A stretch of 64,000 nt of DNA from Octopus vulgaris (taxonomy: Eukaryota): contig OX597814.1 of assembly GCA_951406725.2 (NCBI GenBank), positions 143,406,001-143,470,000 on the forward strand. The letters run 5' to 3'. Position 1 is the stretch's first letter. The number at the start of each line of letters is the position of its first letter. The notes beneath the pieces were generated by a model. That model did not search any database, had not been told where the DNA came from, and saw only the letters and a program-made list of their open reading frames with translations. Both the position numbers and the translations under genes were made by a program. Below are positions 25,990-38,589 of this stretch, piece after piece.

Positions 25990-26027
<38 letters not shown>

Positions 26028-26076
26028 GACGGCGAACCAAATTCCATTGAGGTAAGAAATGTCTTTCATCCTTTTC

Positions 26077-26077
<1 letters not shown>

Positions 26078-26136
<59 letters not shown>

Positions 26137-26272
26137 CATTATCATTAATATTATTATCATTAATATTATTAATATTATTATTATTATTATTATTATCATT
26201 ACTATTATCATTATCATTATTATCATTATTATTATTATTATCATTACTATTATCATTATCATTATTATCATT

Positions 26273-26347
<75 letters not shown>

Positions 26348-26370
26348 GTTGCTGTTGTTGTTGTTGTTTT
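26078..26370. repeat. (TTA)n/(TCATTA)n microsatellite
   Basis: Visible. Confidence 0.95.
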
Positions 26371-26375
26371 CATTG

Positions 26376-26576
26376 AGGTGGTGAACTGGCAGAATCGTTA
26401 ACATGCCGAACAAATTGCTTAGCAGCATTACTTCCGGTTTTATATTCTAAGTTCAAATTCCACAGGATCGGCTTTGCCCTTTATTTATTCTGGTTCGATA
26501 AATTAGCACCAGTTCAGTTCTAGGGTCGACTAGTCCCCACACCACAAAATTTCAGGCCTTTATCCTGTAGTAGAAA
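26376..26576 (+). mobile_element. Family A SINE (decayed)
   Basis: ggtggtgaactggcagaatcgtt..gttcaaattcc. Confidence 0.75.
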
Positions 26577-27358
26577 GAAAAGAGAAAAAAAACCCCATTA
26601 TTATTATATATTAAGAGAAACAGAAATATGCCATCTTTTCAATATTTTTTTTCAAAAAATTTCATTATCACAAAAATCAATTTCGTTGAATGAGCTAAAT
26701 CGATAAAATCTATGAAGAGGAGTGCAAGCGGACTAAGGTTTAGACTAGTTTTAGTTTACAAGTTTTGTCTAGCTAGCTTAATGGCATTGATTGAAGTTTG
26801 TGATTTACTGTAGGCAGCTGATGTTGTTCAAGACCATATAAACGGAATGTCTAATGATATTATGTAACAATGAACAATTAGAAACTGTATATAACTGAAA
26901 ACAGAATAACTAATTCCCTCCAACTTGTGCATATTTTCATGGGTAGATACATTGGCGTTTTGTTCTATGTAAAACAGATGCTGTAAATATAATATTACAC
27001 AGTTGCTATTCGTAACTTTACAACGCAATGCATATTCTACACTTCAATTTTTAAGCATCACTAGTTACTTAATGTTTCGTTATAATGTTAATGGTTGTTG
27101 GAGATGCCACGCATTCAGTTGAAATTTATTCTGAAATATAACAAGCGTACGTTAACGTCAAAGTAGAAGTCTTAAATCCTTTACTTTGATTTCAAATATG
27201 AAAAAGAATACGAGGCATTTCTTTGTCTTTATGTTTTTTTTTTCTCCACATCAGCAAAGAAACATACGTCTCTAAATATATGACACAAAATATTATATAA
27301 TACTTTTTCCATTTTATATTGTGCCTACCCATTTCTACATGATATCCTATACCACGGG

Positions 27359-27480
<122 letters not shown>

Positions 27481-27510
27481 CATCATTATCATTATCATTA
27501 TTATTATTAT

Positions 27511-27792
27511 TGCGTGAGAGAGCAGAGCATGCCATCAAAGCGACACTGGGGAAAATATGTGAAACCCAGTATACCCATAATGACTACCCGTCTGATAAGG
27601 GTGTACCAGACACATGTACCACAACCATATGTGCGCGATATGGTGAATTCATATCAAGATAAACAGTATATGACCTTGCAGTTAGAATTTTCTTCCAGTC
27701 GAGTAGCCCATCTCGCTCAAAAGGCCCCTGAATAAGATTTATTTAAGGATGTTGAATGAAACAACCATGTTTCCGGAGGTGAATTATTCAAT
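27511..27792 (-). mobile_element. 3' fragment of a probable non-LTR element after (TTA)n; second copy at about 28110-28640
   Basis: Two diverged copies share cccat.atga.tac.cgt.tgataa.ggt and gtcgagtag..catc..gctcaaaa.g.ccct.aataag; clade not identified. Confidence 0.45.
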
Positions 27793-28645
27793 ATTATTAT
27801 CAGTATTATGCTTCAGGCGGTCAACATGCAAACCGTTCGCAAACCGGATGATGTATTAGTCTAACGGGAAGAATGGAAAATGCTGGCGTGCAAAAACGTA
27901 AAAACGGACAAAATCCTTAGCGGCCTTTTGTGTTTATGCTCTGAGCTCAAATACCACCAAGACTGACTTTGCTTTCATCCCTTTGGTATCGATAAAATAA
28001 GTACCAGTTGAGCACTAGGGTAGATGTAATCGACCAACTACTTCCCCCAATATTTCAGGTCCTGTGTCAATCGTAGAAAAGGTTATCATTATTCTTTCTT
28101 ACTAGTGACGTAGGGGTACAAACATACGAAGCCTAATATACCCATCATGATTACTCGTTTGATAAAGGTACATAAAGACACATGCATCACAATCATAAAT
28201 GTGCGATGTGGTGACCTCGTATCAAAATAAACAACGCATGACATTACAGGTGGGGCTCAGAATTTTCTTCAGGTCGAGTAGTCAATCCTGCTCAAAACGT
28301 CCCTCAATAAGGGTTGTTGAAGGATGTTGAACGAAGCACCCGTGTTACCCAAGGTGAATTATTCAAACCTGAAAGAATTCCCCTCAACATATGACCATGA
28401 TGCTTCCTCACTACTTCTGCTCATGATCAGAAATGCACATATCATCAGCATTTAAGTGACACGCTCAAGTGGTTAAGGTTAAGCAAATGACAAGCAAATT
28501 TGTGGTATTGAGCAGAATATTTGCTATAAACTCTCTTTTACATCAAGTCAAAACATGTGCATTTTGACACTGCCAAACCATTAAGATTAGCTGCCATGAG
28601 AGTCATTGTCTGGTACTGCATCAGGGCATCGACCTCGTGAAACGG

Positions 28646-28695
<50 letters not shown>

Positions 28696-28700
28696 GTAAA

Positions 28701-29085
28701 GGCGGTGAGCTGGCAGATACGTTAGCACGCTGGGCGAAATGCTTAGCAGTATTTCGTCTGCCGCTACGTTCTGAGTTCAAATTCCGCCGAGGTCGACTTT
28801 GCCTTTCATCCTTTCGGGGTCAATTAAATAAGTACCAGTTACGCACTGGGGTAGATATAATCGACTTAATCCGTTTGTCTGTCCTTGTTTGTCCTCTCTG
28901 TGTTTAGTCCCTTGTGGGTAGTAAAGAAATAGGTATTTCGTCTGCCGCTACATTCTAAGTTCAAATTCCACCGAGGTCAACTTTGCCTTTCATCCTTTCG
29001 GATCGCTAAATCAAGTACCAGTTGAGTACAGAGGTCGATATAATTGACTGGTCCCCTCCCACAAAATTTCAGGCTTTGTGCCTAT
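28701..29085 (+). mobile_element. Family A SINE, dimeric form
   Basis: GGCGGTGAGCTGGCAGA head, B box, tail A, then a second module starting GGTATTTCGTCTG with tail B. Confidence 0.9.
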
Positions 29086-30481
29086 AATCATTATTATTAT
29101 TATTTCATTTCATTTATTTTGACTACATAGTTACATCACATCACACTGTATAAACAACGAAGAGCATAAAATATTTATGGCCGAGCGTCCGTAACAAAGG
29201 CCACATTTGGTAGCCGGACGTCAAGGTTACAACGTAGTTCTTATAACTGAAACAACAACAACAACAACAACAGCAGCAGCAACATTAAAAGAAAACAGAA
29301 AAAAAATCATACCAAATCATGGTGTTTTAAAGTTTTCCATATTAAAGCAGACAATATTTTATTACAATAATTATAGCGTTTTGTATGACGATAACTTATC
29401 ACCATAAATTCTATAAAATCATGATTTATGTATCATGGCTTATTATTGGACACGATATACCATTAAAAAGGATGTTATGTCGATAACATACAGTGAGAGT
29501 GTTAGTTTGGTTGTTTACACTTTCCATAGAATTCTGCTGAAATACATCAATTCTTAATGTCTAAAGCGCTTTTTGTTTGTCAGATATTTTTTTCTTCTGC
29601 AAACCAGTTGAGACACTTCTAGTATTCTCTCGCCATGCACAGATTTGCTCCCTTGAACTGTCATTTCACAATGTTGCTGCGTGATTCATCTAAAATGTAA
29701 TTTTGACATGCAACTTTTTCCAACATCTTTAATGGATTTTCTGATGTAAGATGTCATTTTACATACCAGAATATCTTTATGTCATTTTATATTTTTATTA
29801 TTCCAGATTTCAAGTTTATATACAGCAACGCTTATATTTTTAGGTAATATGACTTACTTTCTTCCTGCATATTTTTTGGCACCATGACAACTAAGAAGTA
29901 ACTTTAATCTTTTACAGTGACGACCGAACTGTCGTAAAGTTAACCGCATCATATTCGTTATTTAATACTGTCAAAGAATGAAAGACAGACGAACGGAGAG
30001 AAATCTAGAAATACTCGGAAGACATAAGGAAATCAAGCGTTCATAGAAAAAGAAATAAATTATATCAGTTTTGATACTCAGACACGCCTACCGAGTAGTG
30101 GTGTGCGGAACCGGTAGAGCAACAAACAAAATGTCAAGTTCTATTAAAGTACGACGCTTTGAGTTCAAATCAAGCTGGGATAGAATTTTTGTTTTTCGTT
30201 CTTATCTTTCATTGGTATCAAAGTAACCAACATTTCGTTTCCTGCAAAATTTGTGGTCGTAAGGCAGTATCAAGTATCAATGAGAAGCATCAAGTTTATA
30301 GTAAACATTAGAACTAGTAGAGCACAGAATATCTCTATGTTCTGAGTTCAGTATTTATTATCTCGTCGATGGATTTGCTTAATCGGTGCAGCCAAATTTT
30401 GTTGTGATACTTTATATTCTGAGTGCTAAACTTACTGTGGTTGATTTTATTTTTCATCCTTTCCGGAGCGATAAAATAATT

Positions 30482-30770
30482 GTCACTCCGTCAGTTACGA
30501 CGAAGAGTTTTCCAAGATTAACCTGCAAGTGGCTGAGCACTCCACAGACATGATTACCCTTAACACAGTTCTCTGCTCGATTCAGCCGGACATAGAATGT
30601 GACAAGGTTGGCCCTTTGAAATACAGGTACAATGCCCTTTTTGCCAGCTGAGTGAACTGGAGCAACGTGAAAAAATTGTTTTGCTCAAGGACACAACACG
30701 CCGCTAAGAATCGAACTCACGACCTAACGATCGTGAGCCAAATACCCAACCACTAAGCCACACGCCTTCA
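30482..30770 (-). mobile_element. CORE-like SINE (family C)
   Basis: Minus strand A box TGGCTTAGTGG, B box GAGTTCGATTC, GTGTCCTTGAGCAA. Confidence 0.8.
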
Positions 30771-31812
30771 AATGAAATACAGTAACATTCAACTGCAGGG
30801 TTTTATTCTATATACTGAACGTTTTCTCCAAAATTCCTAGCCTTGTGTCACTTAAAGAAAATATTTACTACCACTACGGTGCATAAGCAGAACAGGTTCA
30901 GCGACGTTTAACTATGATCCTTTAAGTTATGAGTTCCAACCCCGCCGGTAATTAATTTTACCTCTCAAACTTTCTGGGATCGAAAAATAAGTAGTTTATC
31001 AACTGTGTTCTGACACAATATTTCTTGGCGAATATTCAGGAACATCTGGTCACTTTATTCAGAAACATCAAGAATAGAAAGTGGTTTGAATTCATTAAAA
31101 ACATATTTTCTTGTTGGTTATAAGTCTCTGACCACCAATGAGAAAACAGACCTATGATCAAAAGCATTCCAAACGTGGTAGTCCCAAATTTTATTAAAAC
31201 AATCCATGAATGACTATATTATCCAATGTGCACAATGCTTTGTTAAAAGTAGTTAAATCTAATTTGAGGGAGATATGAATTGCCATTTCTAGCGTATAGG
31301 GCGACCACTAAGAGGCTACCTCGTTGGTAGCGTTTTTTTTTTCTCTTCTGAACTTGATGACATAATACCAGTAATACACTAACTTAAATCCAATCAGCCA
31401 TAACCATACTTTAGAAATGGTAATTTTATAGCAGACAATAATTAAGTTCAATTTCCAGCTTATCCATATGAAACACAAAGCCGACATTTGAACTCGAATC
31501 GGTGCATTAAGAAATTCAAACTGTATGCTATTTAATCTAGCACCCTGTTACCTCTGTTATACGCCGTCTTTAATTCTATTGCGCTTTTTCTTTTCTTTTT
31601 CTTTTTAATATATGTTTTACTCAAAAGCTAACGAAGAAGGCAATATACGGTTATTCGCAGCCAAATCAACCCCAAGTGACACTCTGTCGTCTTGAAAAGA
31701 ACGCAAAATAAAAGAACATCGTGCGCAAACACTGAAATCTATAGAATACTTGAATAGTTGCAGATTTTCTGTGTACTCAGTTCTTTTGATGCGAGTTCTT
31801 TATATACATGTA

Positions 31813-31915
<103 letters not shown>

Positions 31916-32448
31916 ATAATAATAATAATAATTATAATAATGATAATATTATACCCAACCACTGGGCCTATATAACAGACTAGTCATTCAACCCGATAGA
32001 AAGAAAAATAGCCGTATCACTCTTAAATCACACCCTGCCGCATTCTAAAAAGAAAAGAAAGAAAAAGAGAGAGAATGAAAACGCTGAGTAGTGTTGTCAG
32101 GGATGCAATAAGCTTGATAAAAAAAAAAGAGCACATGGAATGCTGACGTTTGGAAAACCTTTGATCATAGATCTGCAGTGAGAATGATGACCGGGGGCCA
32201 AACTGTAGGAACAATACCATCAACTGTAGAGATTTCCATTTCAGTGGCTTAGATTCAAAAGCTTTGAAACTCTGTCTGGTATCAAATTCATATTCCGTTT
32301 TTAGAAGCAGGAAATATTTTATATTTATTTCTGTGATTGTGTTCGAGTGTACCTAGCGGGCTTGCTTGAGCGCACGTCTTATATTATAATAAATGGGTGT
32401 TATGCATTAACACTTTCTCATCCATCTCTCTTTCTCTCATACGATCTT

Positions 32449-32508
<60 letters not shown>

Positions 32509-33369
32509 CCTAAACACCTCTCACGCGCGCACACATATATAATAAGAGGAAGAAAGATATATAAATATGTATGTGTATAAACGAAAGGGCTTTTCGCTTC
32601 TTTCCTTACCCTAAACACACACGCTGGCATGCACACGTATGTATGTATGTATGTATGTATGTATTATGTATGTATGTATGTATGTATGTATGTATGTATG
32701 TATGCATGTATGTATGTGTGTATGTATGTATGTATGTGTGTGTGTCTTGAGGGAGTGAGAGGGAGAGAGTGAGCGAAGTTTGATAAATAAATAAGTGTTA
32801 AAAAGCAAAAGCTTACAAGAGCTAAACATTTGTATTATGCCAATAGATGTCACAGAATATTGGTACAGAACACAAAGGCACACAAACATTGTTGATCGTT
32901 TATTAATACATCCGTTCACCCTCACTTCTACACACACACACACACACACATACTCACGTGTGTGTATGTGCGTGGATGTGTGTGTGTGCGTGTGTGTTGA
33001 TAAACAATCAACAGTGTTCTGTCTCAATCCCACGCTATACTACAGAAGATATCCAAGAGTTCTTTATAGACAGATTTTAACACCCCATTAAATAAATATT
33101 TGTGAGAAAAAATTGCTGTATCAATCGAAAAAAAGTTTCAGTCAAGTGTGGGGGATTCAATCGACAATGAAATATATCTTTTAACAGTCTACAGAGATAC
33201 TAATTATCAAACCATGTTTCTAAAATCATAAATATATTGGTTAGTCTGATTTGCATAAATATAACGCAGTCTTGGTAGTTGAATCTCCATTTTCTGTCCA
33301 GGACAAAGAACTTACAGCTATATATGACATACGTTGGTCTAAAACATATATGTATAATGTTCTTTACCA

Positions 33370-33519
<150 letters not shown>

Positions 33520-33525
<6 letters not shown>

Positions 33526-33636
33526 GAAGATCGTAGGCTCGAAACGTAAAAGACTTTCTCACTTCCCAAGCGTTAAACTAATACATGTTTGTTGTTTACA
33601 CACCCATCTTCGTCCTTTGTTTTTTACTTGTAAATT
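33520..33636 (+). mobile_element. Solo Penelope-like 3' pLTR fragment
   Basis: gaaga.cgtaggctcgaaacgtaaaagactt..ctaataca..cttcgtc.tttgttt, homologous to the end of the 35.8-38.2 kb element. Confidence 0.75.
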
Positions 33637-33637
33637 A

Positions 33638-33678
<41 letters not shown>

Positions 33679-33679
33679 G

Positions 33680-33798
33680 GTTGACGGCCATATCACGTTG
33701 ATTGCACCGGTTCTCTTCCGATTACTGAAGTTAAGCAACGTAGAGCCTAGGTAATACTTATATGGGTGACCGCTTGGGAAACCTAAGTGCTGTAAGCA
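33680..33798 (+). pseudogene. 5S rRNA pseudogene (full length, 119 nt)
   Basis: ACGGCCATATCACGTTGA..GCACCGGTTCTC.TCCGAT.AC.GAAGTTAAGCAACGT..GGGTGACCGCTTGGGAA.ACCT..GTGCTGTAAGCA matches the metazoan 5S pattern with several substitutions; no oligo-T terminator; single copy, not in an array. Confidence 0.9.
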
Positions 33799-33809
33799 TC
33801 TCGCACTTT

Positions 33810-34211
33810 AGACTCAGGCGTGACTGTGTGATGAGAAGCTTGCTTCCCAACCACATGGCTCTGGGTTCAATCCCAGTACATAGCATCTTGGGCAAGTATC
33901 TTCTACAATAGCCTCGGACTGACCAAAGCCTTGTCAGTGGATTTGGTGCACGGAAACTGAAAGAGGCCCTTCATATATATGTATATATATCTATGTGTGG
34001 GGGTATGTCTTTGTGTCTGTGTTTGTTCCCTCACCATTGCTTGATAACCGGTGTTAGTGTGTTTGCGTCACCGTAAAGTAGCGGTTCGGCAAGAGAAACC
34101 GCAAGAATAAGCCCAAAGCTTTAGAAATAAGTACTGAGATATATTTATTCAGCTAAAAAATTCAAGGTGGTGCCCTAGCCACAATCTTAACACTAAAAGA
34201 AGTAAAAGTAA

Positions 34212-34212
<1 letters not shown>
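33810..34212 (+). mobile_element. CORE-type SINE (family B)
   Basis: B box GGTTCAATCCC; CORE-like CTTGGGCAAGTATCTT; homologous to 35433-35805. Confidence 0.85.
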
Positions 34213-34239
<27 letters not shown>

Positions 34240-34247
<8 letters not shown>

Positions 34248-34705
34248 GTGAAGGGAAGAAATGGAGCTGAACGAAGATTCTACAGAATTCCTTTTATTAT
34301 TTTCTACACATGTTTCAAAGGCCGCAAATTTCCAAATTCGGATTGAATAAGGAGACCATTTTGCAGTCCATGGGCTCCTAGGGAGCGTTTTGTTCGAATA
34401 GCTTGCTGCGCATTTGTTTGGAGATTTAAATTCCTGGATTTTCCTGAAGAGAAAGCTGCAAAATGGTCTCCTTATTCAATCCGAATTTGGAAATTTGCGG
34501 CCTTTGAAACATGTGTAGAAAATAATAAAAGGAATTCTGTAGAATCTTCGTTCAGCTCCATTTCTTCCCTTCACTAAATATATTAAACTTCAATTATCCG
34601 CGCTGAGGCACGGTTGCGACACCCCATGGTCGTAACTTCAACCGTGTTTTTTCTGTGGTGATTTTTGCTACCCAGGTATCGGTTAAATAATTCATTTATC
34701 CATTT

Positions 34706-34708
<3 letters not shown>
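34240..34708 (+). mobile_element. Penelope-like pLTR remnant with an inverted 5' copy, inserted in (TA)n
   Basis: Perfect inverted repeat of about 127 bp (34240-34366 vs 34456-34583), a hammerhead motif, and (TA)n on both flanks. Confidence 0.7.
34439..34522 (+). ncRNA. Type I hammerhead ribozyme motif (canonical core, minimal stem III)
   Basis: TTTTC / CTGAAGA / stem II GAAAGCTGCAAA..TTTGCGGCCTTT / GAAA C-ATGT-G TA / GAAAA; cleavage triplet GUA; ACATGT palindrome. Confidence 0.8.
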
Positions 34709-34761
<53 letters not shown>

Positions 34762-35004
34762 CATAATTATAAGCATAATTATAATCAGAGGGCAGCTAAC
34801 TGCTTCGCCACGCACCGAATTTAGAAATAGGAGTTAAATGCCTTTTCTACTACCATAAATATCTCCCACACAGAAACACACTTTTTTACGTAGGCAAAAA
34901 GAAAAAATAACGAGTCCTAACGACTCAGATTAGCTACATACGCGTTGCGAGATTAAAGTAAAGTTATATTTACTTACATATTTCTCATCTTAATTAATTT
35001 TACA

Positions 35005-35041
<37 letters not shown>

Positions 35042-35310
35042 ATATGTTTATGTATATATCTCACGAGAATCTCCGCGATCTAAACATGATTATGGTTTCC
35101 AAAATAGAGACGAACACCTTTCTCCATTGAGCGACTTGAAAAATTGTTAAGACTGTAGGATATTTTTCATAACATGAATCCAATGGTAGCCTTAATTCAC
35201 AGAAAGATCATATCCATCAATGCAGTGTAAAGCACTCATTTTTATCGTTCGACATTTACATATACATACATACATACATACATACATGCATACATACATA
35301 CACACACACG

Positions 35311-35354
<44 letters not shown>

Positions 35355-35392
35355 ACCTAATATAATAATGAGCGTAGGGTTTTATATATTTG

Positions 35393-35432
<40 letters not shown>

Positions 35433-35434
<2 letters not shown>

Positions 35435-35805
35435 CGCAGGAATGGCTGTGTGATAAGTAGCTTGCTAACCAGCCACATGGCTCCGGGTTCAGTCCCACTG
35501 CGTGGTATCTTGGGCAAGTGACTTCTGCTATATCCCCGGGCCGACCAATGCCTTGTGAGTGGATTTGGTAGACGGAAACTGAAAGAAGCCTGTCGTATAT
35601 ACGTATATATATATATTTATATATACATATGTATGTGTGTGTGTGTTTGTGTTTGTCCCCGTCACTTAGCGGTTCGGCATAAGAGACTGATAGAAGAAGT
35701 ACTGGGCTTACAAAGAATAAGTATCGGGGTCGATTTGCTCGACTAAAGGCGGTGCTCCAGCATGGCCGCAGTCAAATGACTGAAACAAGTAAAAGAGTAA
35801 AAGAC
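35433..35805 (+). mobile_element. CORE-type tRNA-derived SINE (family B), full length
   Basis: GGCGCAGGAATGGCTGTGTG head, GGTTCAGTCCC B box, CTTGGGCAAGTGACTT CORE-like motif, internal microsatellite, (GAGTAAAA)-like tail. Confidence 0.9.
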
Positions 35806-35928
35806 TAATATATATATATATATATATATAACGGGAAGCTTTATGAAAATAAACAAAAGACGAAGGCAGGTGGAAAACAAACGAACAATTGTATTAGTAT
35901 GGCGCTCAGGAAATATAAATAAAACAAG

Positions 35929-35966
35929 TCTTTAACGTTTCGAGCCTACGCTCTTCAACAGAAAGA
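35929..35966 (-). ncRNA. Minimal hammerhead-like motif with variant core
   Basis: TCTTT CTGTTGA A GAGC-GTAG-GCTC GAAAC GTT AAAGA, located in the 3' pLTR of the Penelope element. Confidence 0.6.
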
Positions 35967-36149
35967 TACACAGAGAGAGAAAAACACAGAAAGAAGGAGA
36001 GAAAAAAATGCGTGCAGTAGCTAACGAATCAACATGGCGATCTGATTTCGGCCAGAGGTCAAAGATCAAACATGAGACGCGAGAGCGAAATAAGGGGAGA
36101 TAATAGGGTTGATAAAAGGGTTGAGGGACCAGCTAAAAGTGCGTGGGAG

Positions 36150-36460
36150 GGGTCTGGATGTGTGTATGTATAGGGTTGGTGTATGTATTAGTATGTATAA
36201 GGGTGTGTGTGTGTGTGTGTGTATGAGAGAGTATTAGTGCGTAGGATTGGTCTGGACGTGCGTATGTATGGGGTTGGTGTATGTATTAGTATGTATTAGT
36301 ACGTATTGGTATGTATAGGTGTGTGTGTGTGTGTGTGAGAGAGTATAAGTGCGTATGCGGGGTCTGGACGTGTGTATGTATAGGGTTGGTGTAAGTATTA
36401 GTATGTACTAGTATGTATTAGTACGTATTAGTATGTATTAGTTGGTGTGTGTATTAGTAT
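36150..36460. repeat. About 100-110 bp minisatellite, three copies
   Basis: GGTCTGGA(C/T)GTG.GTATGTAT.GGGTTGGTGTA.GTATTAGTATGTA at about 36151, 36249 and 36362. Confidence 0.9.
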
Positions 36461-36490
36461 GGCACATCATATGTGATGTGATGTGTAAAG

Positions 36491-38150
36491 TCATGTGGTG
36501 TAGTGAGGAGAAGATGGGGAGGAGGAGAAGAGGGGGGAGAGAAGGGGAGGGGAAGAAGAGGGAGAGGAGAAGGGGGAAGAGGAGAGGATGGGGGAGGAGG
36601 AAGGGGAGGAGGGGGATGAAGGAGGAAAGAGGGAGAGGGGGAGAGAGAAGGGGAGAGAGGGAGTGAGGGAGCAGAGGGAAGGGGAAGAGGGAGGGAGAAA
36701 GAGGGAAGAAGGGAAGGGGAGTAGGGGTGAAAGGATGAAGGACTGAAGAAGTAGGGGTCGGGGGGAGAAAGGATAGGTGAGGAGGGGGAGAGGGGGGTTA
36801 GATGAGGAGGGGGGAGAGTTGAGACCAAATGGCGTATAAGAGCGAAGAGAGAAGATTAATTCCTGTTCACGGCGCAAACGGGAATCCGGATGGCCTCTGT
36901 GTAAGGACAAACCGAACACAGATAGGTGTTGCAAGGAGTGACCGGTGGAGCGGAAATGGCGTGAGACCGGTGTGTCGTTCGCAAGGTGGATGTCACGAAG
37001 GTGTTCCGCGAACCGGTCAGCCAAGCGGCGTCCCGTTTGTCCGATGTACAAGGAATTGCAGAGAGAGCAAGAGATGCAATAGATAATATTGCTGGAGGTG
37101 CAGGTGAAGGAGTGGATGATGGGATAGGGTCGATGGTGGGTGCTAGTGAGGCGGGTGGTGTTGGAGAGGTAAGGGCAAGTGCGGCAACGTGGGCGGGAGC
37201 AGGGGAACGAGCCGGGTTGGGAGGTAGGGTCAGGGAAGGAGCTATGGACCAAAAGGTCTCGAAGGTTGTGGGCTCGTTTGAAAGAGGGGAGGGGTCGGTT
37301 AGGGAAGAGGTGTGAAGTGGACGGGTCGGACTGGAGATGACGGAAAGCTCGAAGAATGGTGCGTTGGAGACGTAGGGTCGTGGGGTGGTAAGTGAGGGGA
37401 AAAGGGAGGCGGGAGACTACAGGACGGGTTCGGGGAGAGAGAGCAGATACACGGTCCACGGACCGTGCTCTGGCAAGGGCGGTGTGGATAGTGGTGAGGG
37501 GGTATCCACGTAGGGTGAAGTGGTGAGCCATACGTTGAGACTGAGTCTCAAAGTCATGGTCGTCACTACAGAGCCTACGTAGACGGAGGAATTGGGAATA
37601 GGGGATGGAAAGCTTGGTGTGTTCTGGGTGGGAGGAAGAGAAGTTGAGGTATGAGTGTGAGTCTGTGTGTTTGTAGTGAATGGAGGTGGTAAGAGTGGAG
37701 TGAAGAATGCTAACCGAAATGTCGAGGAAGGAGACAGAAGTGTTGGAGATAGTGGAAGTGAAGTGGAGGGCTGGATGGAAAGATTGGACGAAAGAGAGGA
37801 AGGAATCTAGATGTTCGCGGGAGAGTGAGGTGGCACCGATAATGTCGTCAATATAACGACCATATAGTTCAGGAGTGGGACCAGTGAAATTAGAGAATAT
37901 TTGGGCCTCAACATAGCCAACGAACAGGTTCGCATAGTTGGGGCCCATTCGCGTTCCCATGGCCACTCCCGAGACCTAATGGTAGAACTCGCCCGCGAAC
38001 GAGAAGCAGTTCAGAGTAAGGACAAGTTCGGCCAGACGAATGAGTGTGGAGGTGTCAGGTACAGGGTTAGAGCGGAGGTCAAGAAAGTGTCGAAGGGCCT
38101 GCAGTCCTTCGTGGTGAGGGATAACAGTATAGAGGCTTTGGATGTCATAT
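36491..38150 (-). pseudogene. Penelope RT + GIY-YIG endonuclease, near intact with one in-frame stop
   Basis: DIQSLYTVIP, TAG near 37978, GVAMGTRMGPNYANLF, RYIDD, SFLDI, YKHTDSHSYL..SSHP, Cys linker CSRPRCRTC, IIYCISCSLC..YIGQTGR..RFAEH, EQELI..PFGLN. Confidence 0.95.
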
Positions 38151-38199
38151 ATATATATTTGTCCAGAACCATGCCGGGCGCGGAGGAGGAGAGAATATA

Positions 38200-38458
38200 G
38201 TAATTCAGTGAAGGAGAAGTAGTGAGAGTAATAGCCCTAACTAAGAGGGGGTGAGAGAAAGTAATAGCAGTGAAAGAAAGGAAGAGGTGAAAAAATCAAC
38301 GTTTCAATTCTGTGTCAGTATATGTGAGTACATGTGTGCGTGTACACAAGAGAAGTATGTGAATGGTTGTATGTGTGATTATTATGTAATATATTTTGTA
38401 CTTTATATATATAAAATACTACAATTAGCCGTCATTATTGACGGTACGTGGGCAGCTA

Positions 38459-38459
<1 letters not shown>
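38200..38459 (+). mobile_element. Non-autonomous Helitron 3' portion
   Basis: Hairpin GCCGTCA-TTAT-TGACGGT (38428-38445), 10 nt, then CTAG|T; 5' boundary uncertain. Confidence 0.55.
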
Positions 38460-38542
<83 letters not shown>

Positions 38543-38589
38543 AGATTAGCCCGTATACGAGTGGGTATATATTTGTAAAAAATGAAGTT

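Larger units (their letters stand above)
35830..38190 (-). mobile_element. Penelope-like retroelement (Neptune-like), 5'-truncated, with 3' pLTR ending in (TA)n
   Basis: RT and GIY-YIG ORF, followed by a pyrimidine-rich tract, a minisatellite and a hammerhead-like motif, then (TA)n. Confidence 0.95.

Noticed and set aside
33680-33798. Functional 5S rRNA gene
   Set aside because: Substitutions in conserved positions, no T-run terminator and no tandem array; called a pseudogene.
36150-36460. CRISPR-like repeat-spacer pattern
   Set aside because: Spacers are homologous low-complexity sequence, there are no cas genes, and the context is eukaryotic; it is a minisatellite.
36829-38200. Plus-strand ORFs over the Penelope element, and those over the LINE at 6214-7851
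   Set aside because: Antisense shadows of the retroelement ORFs.
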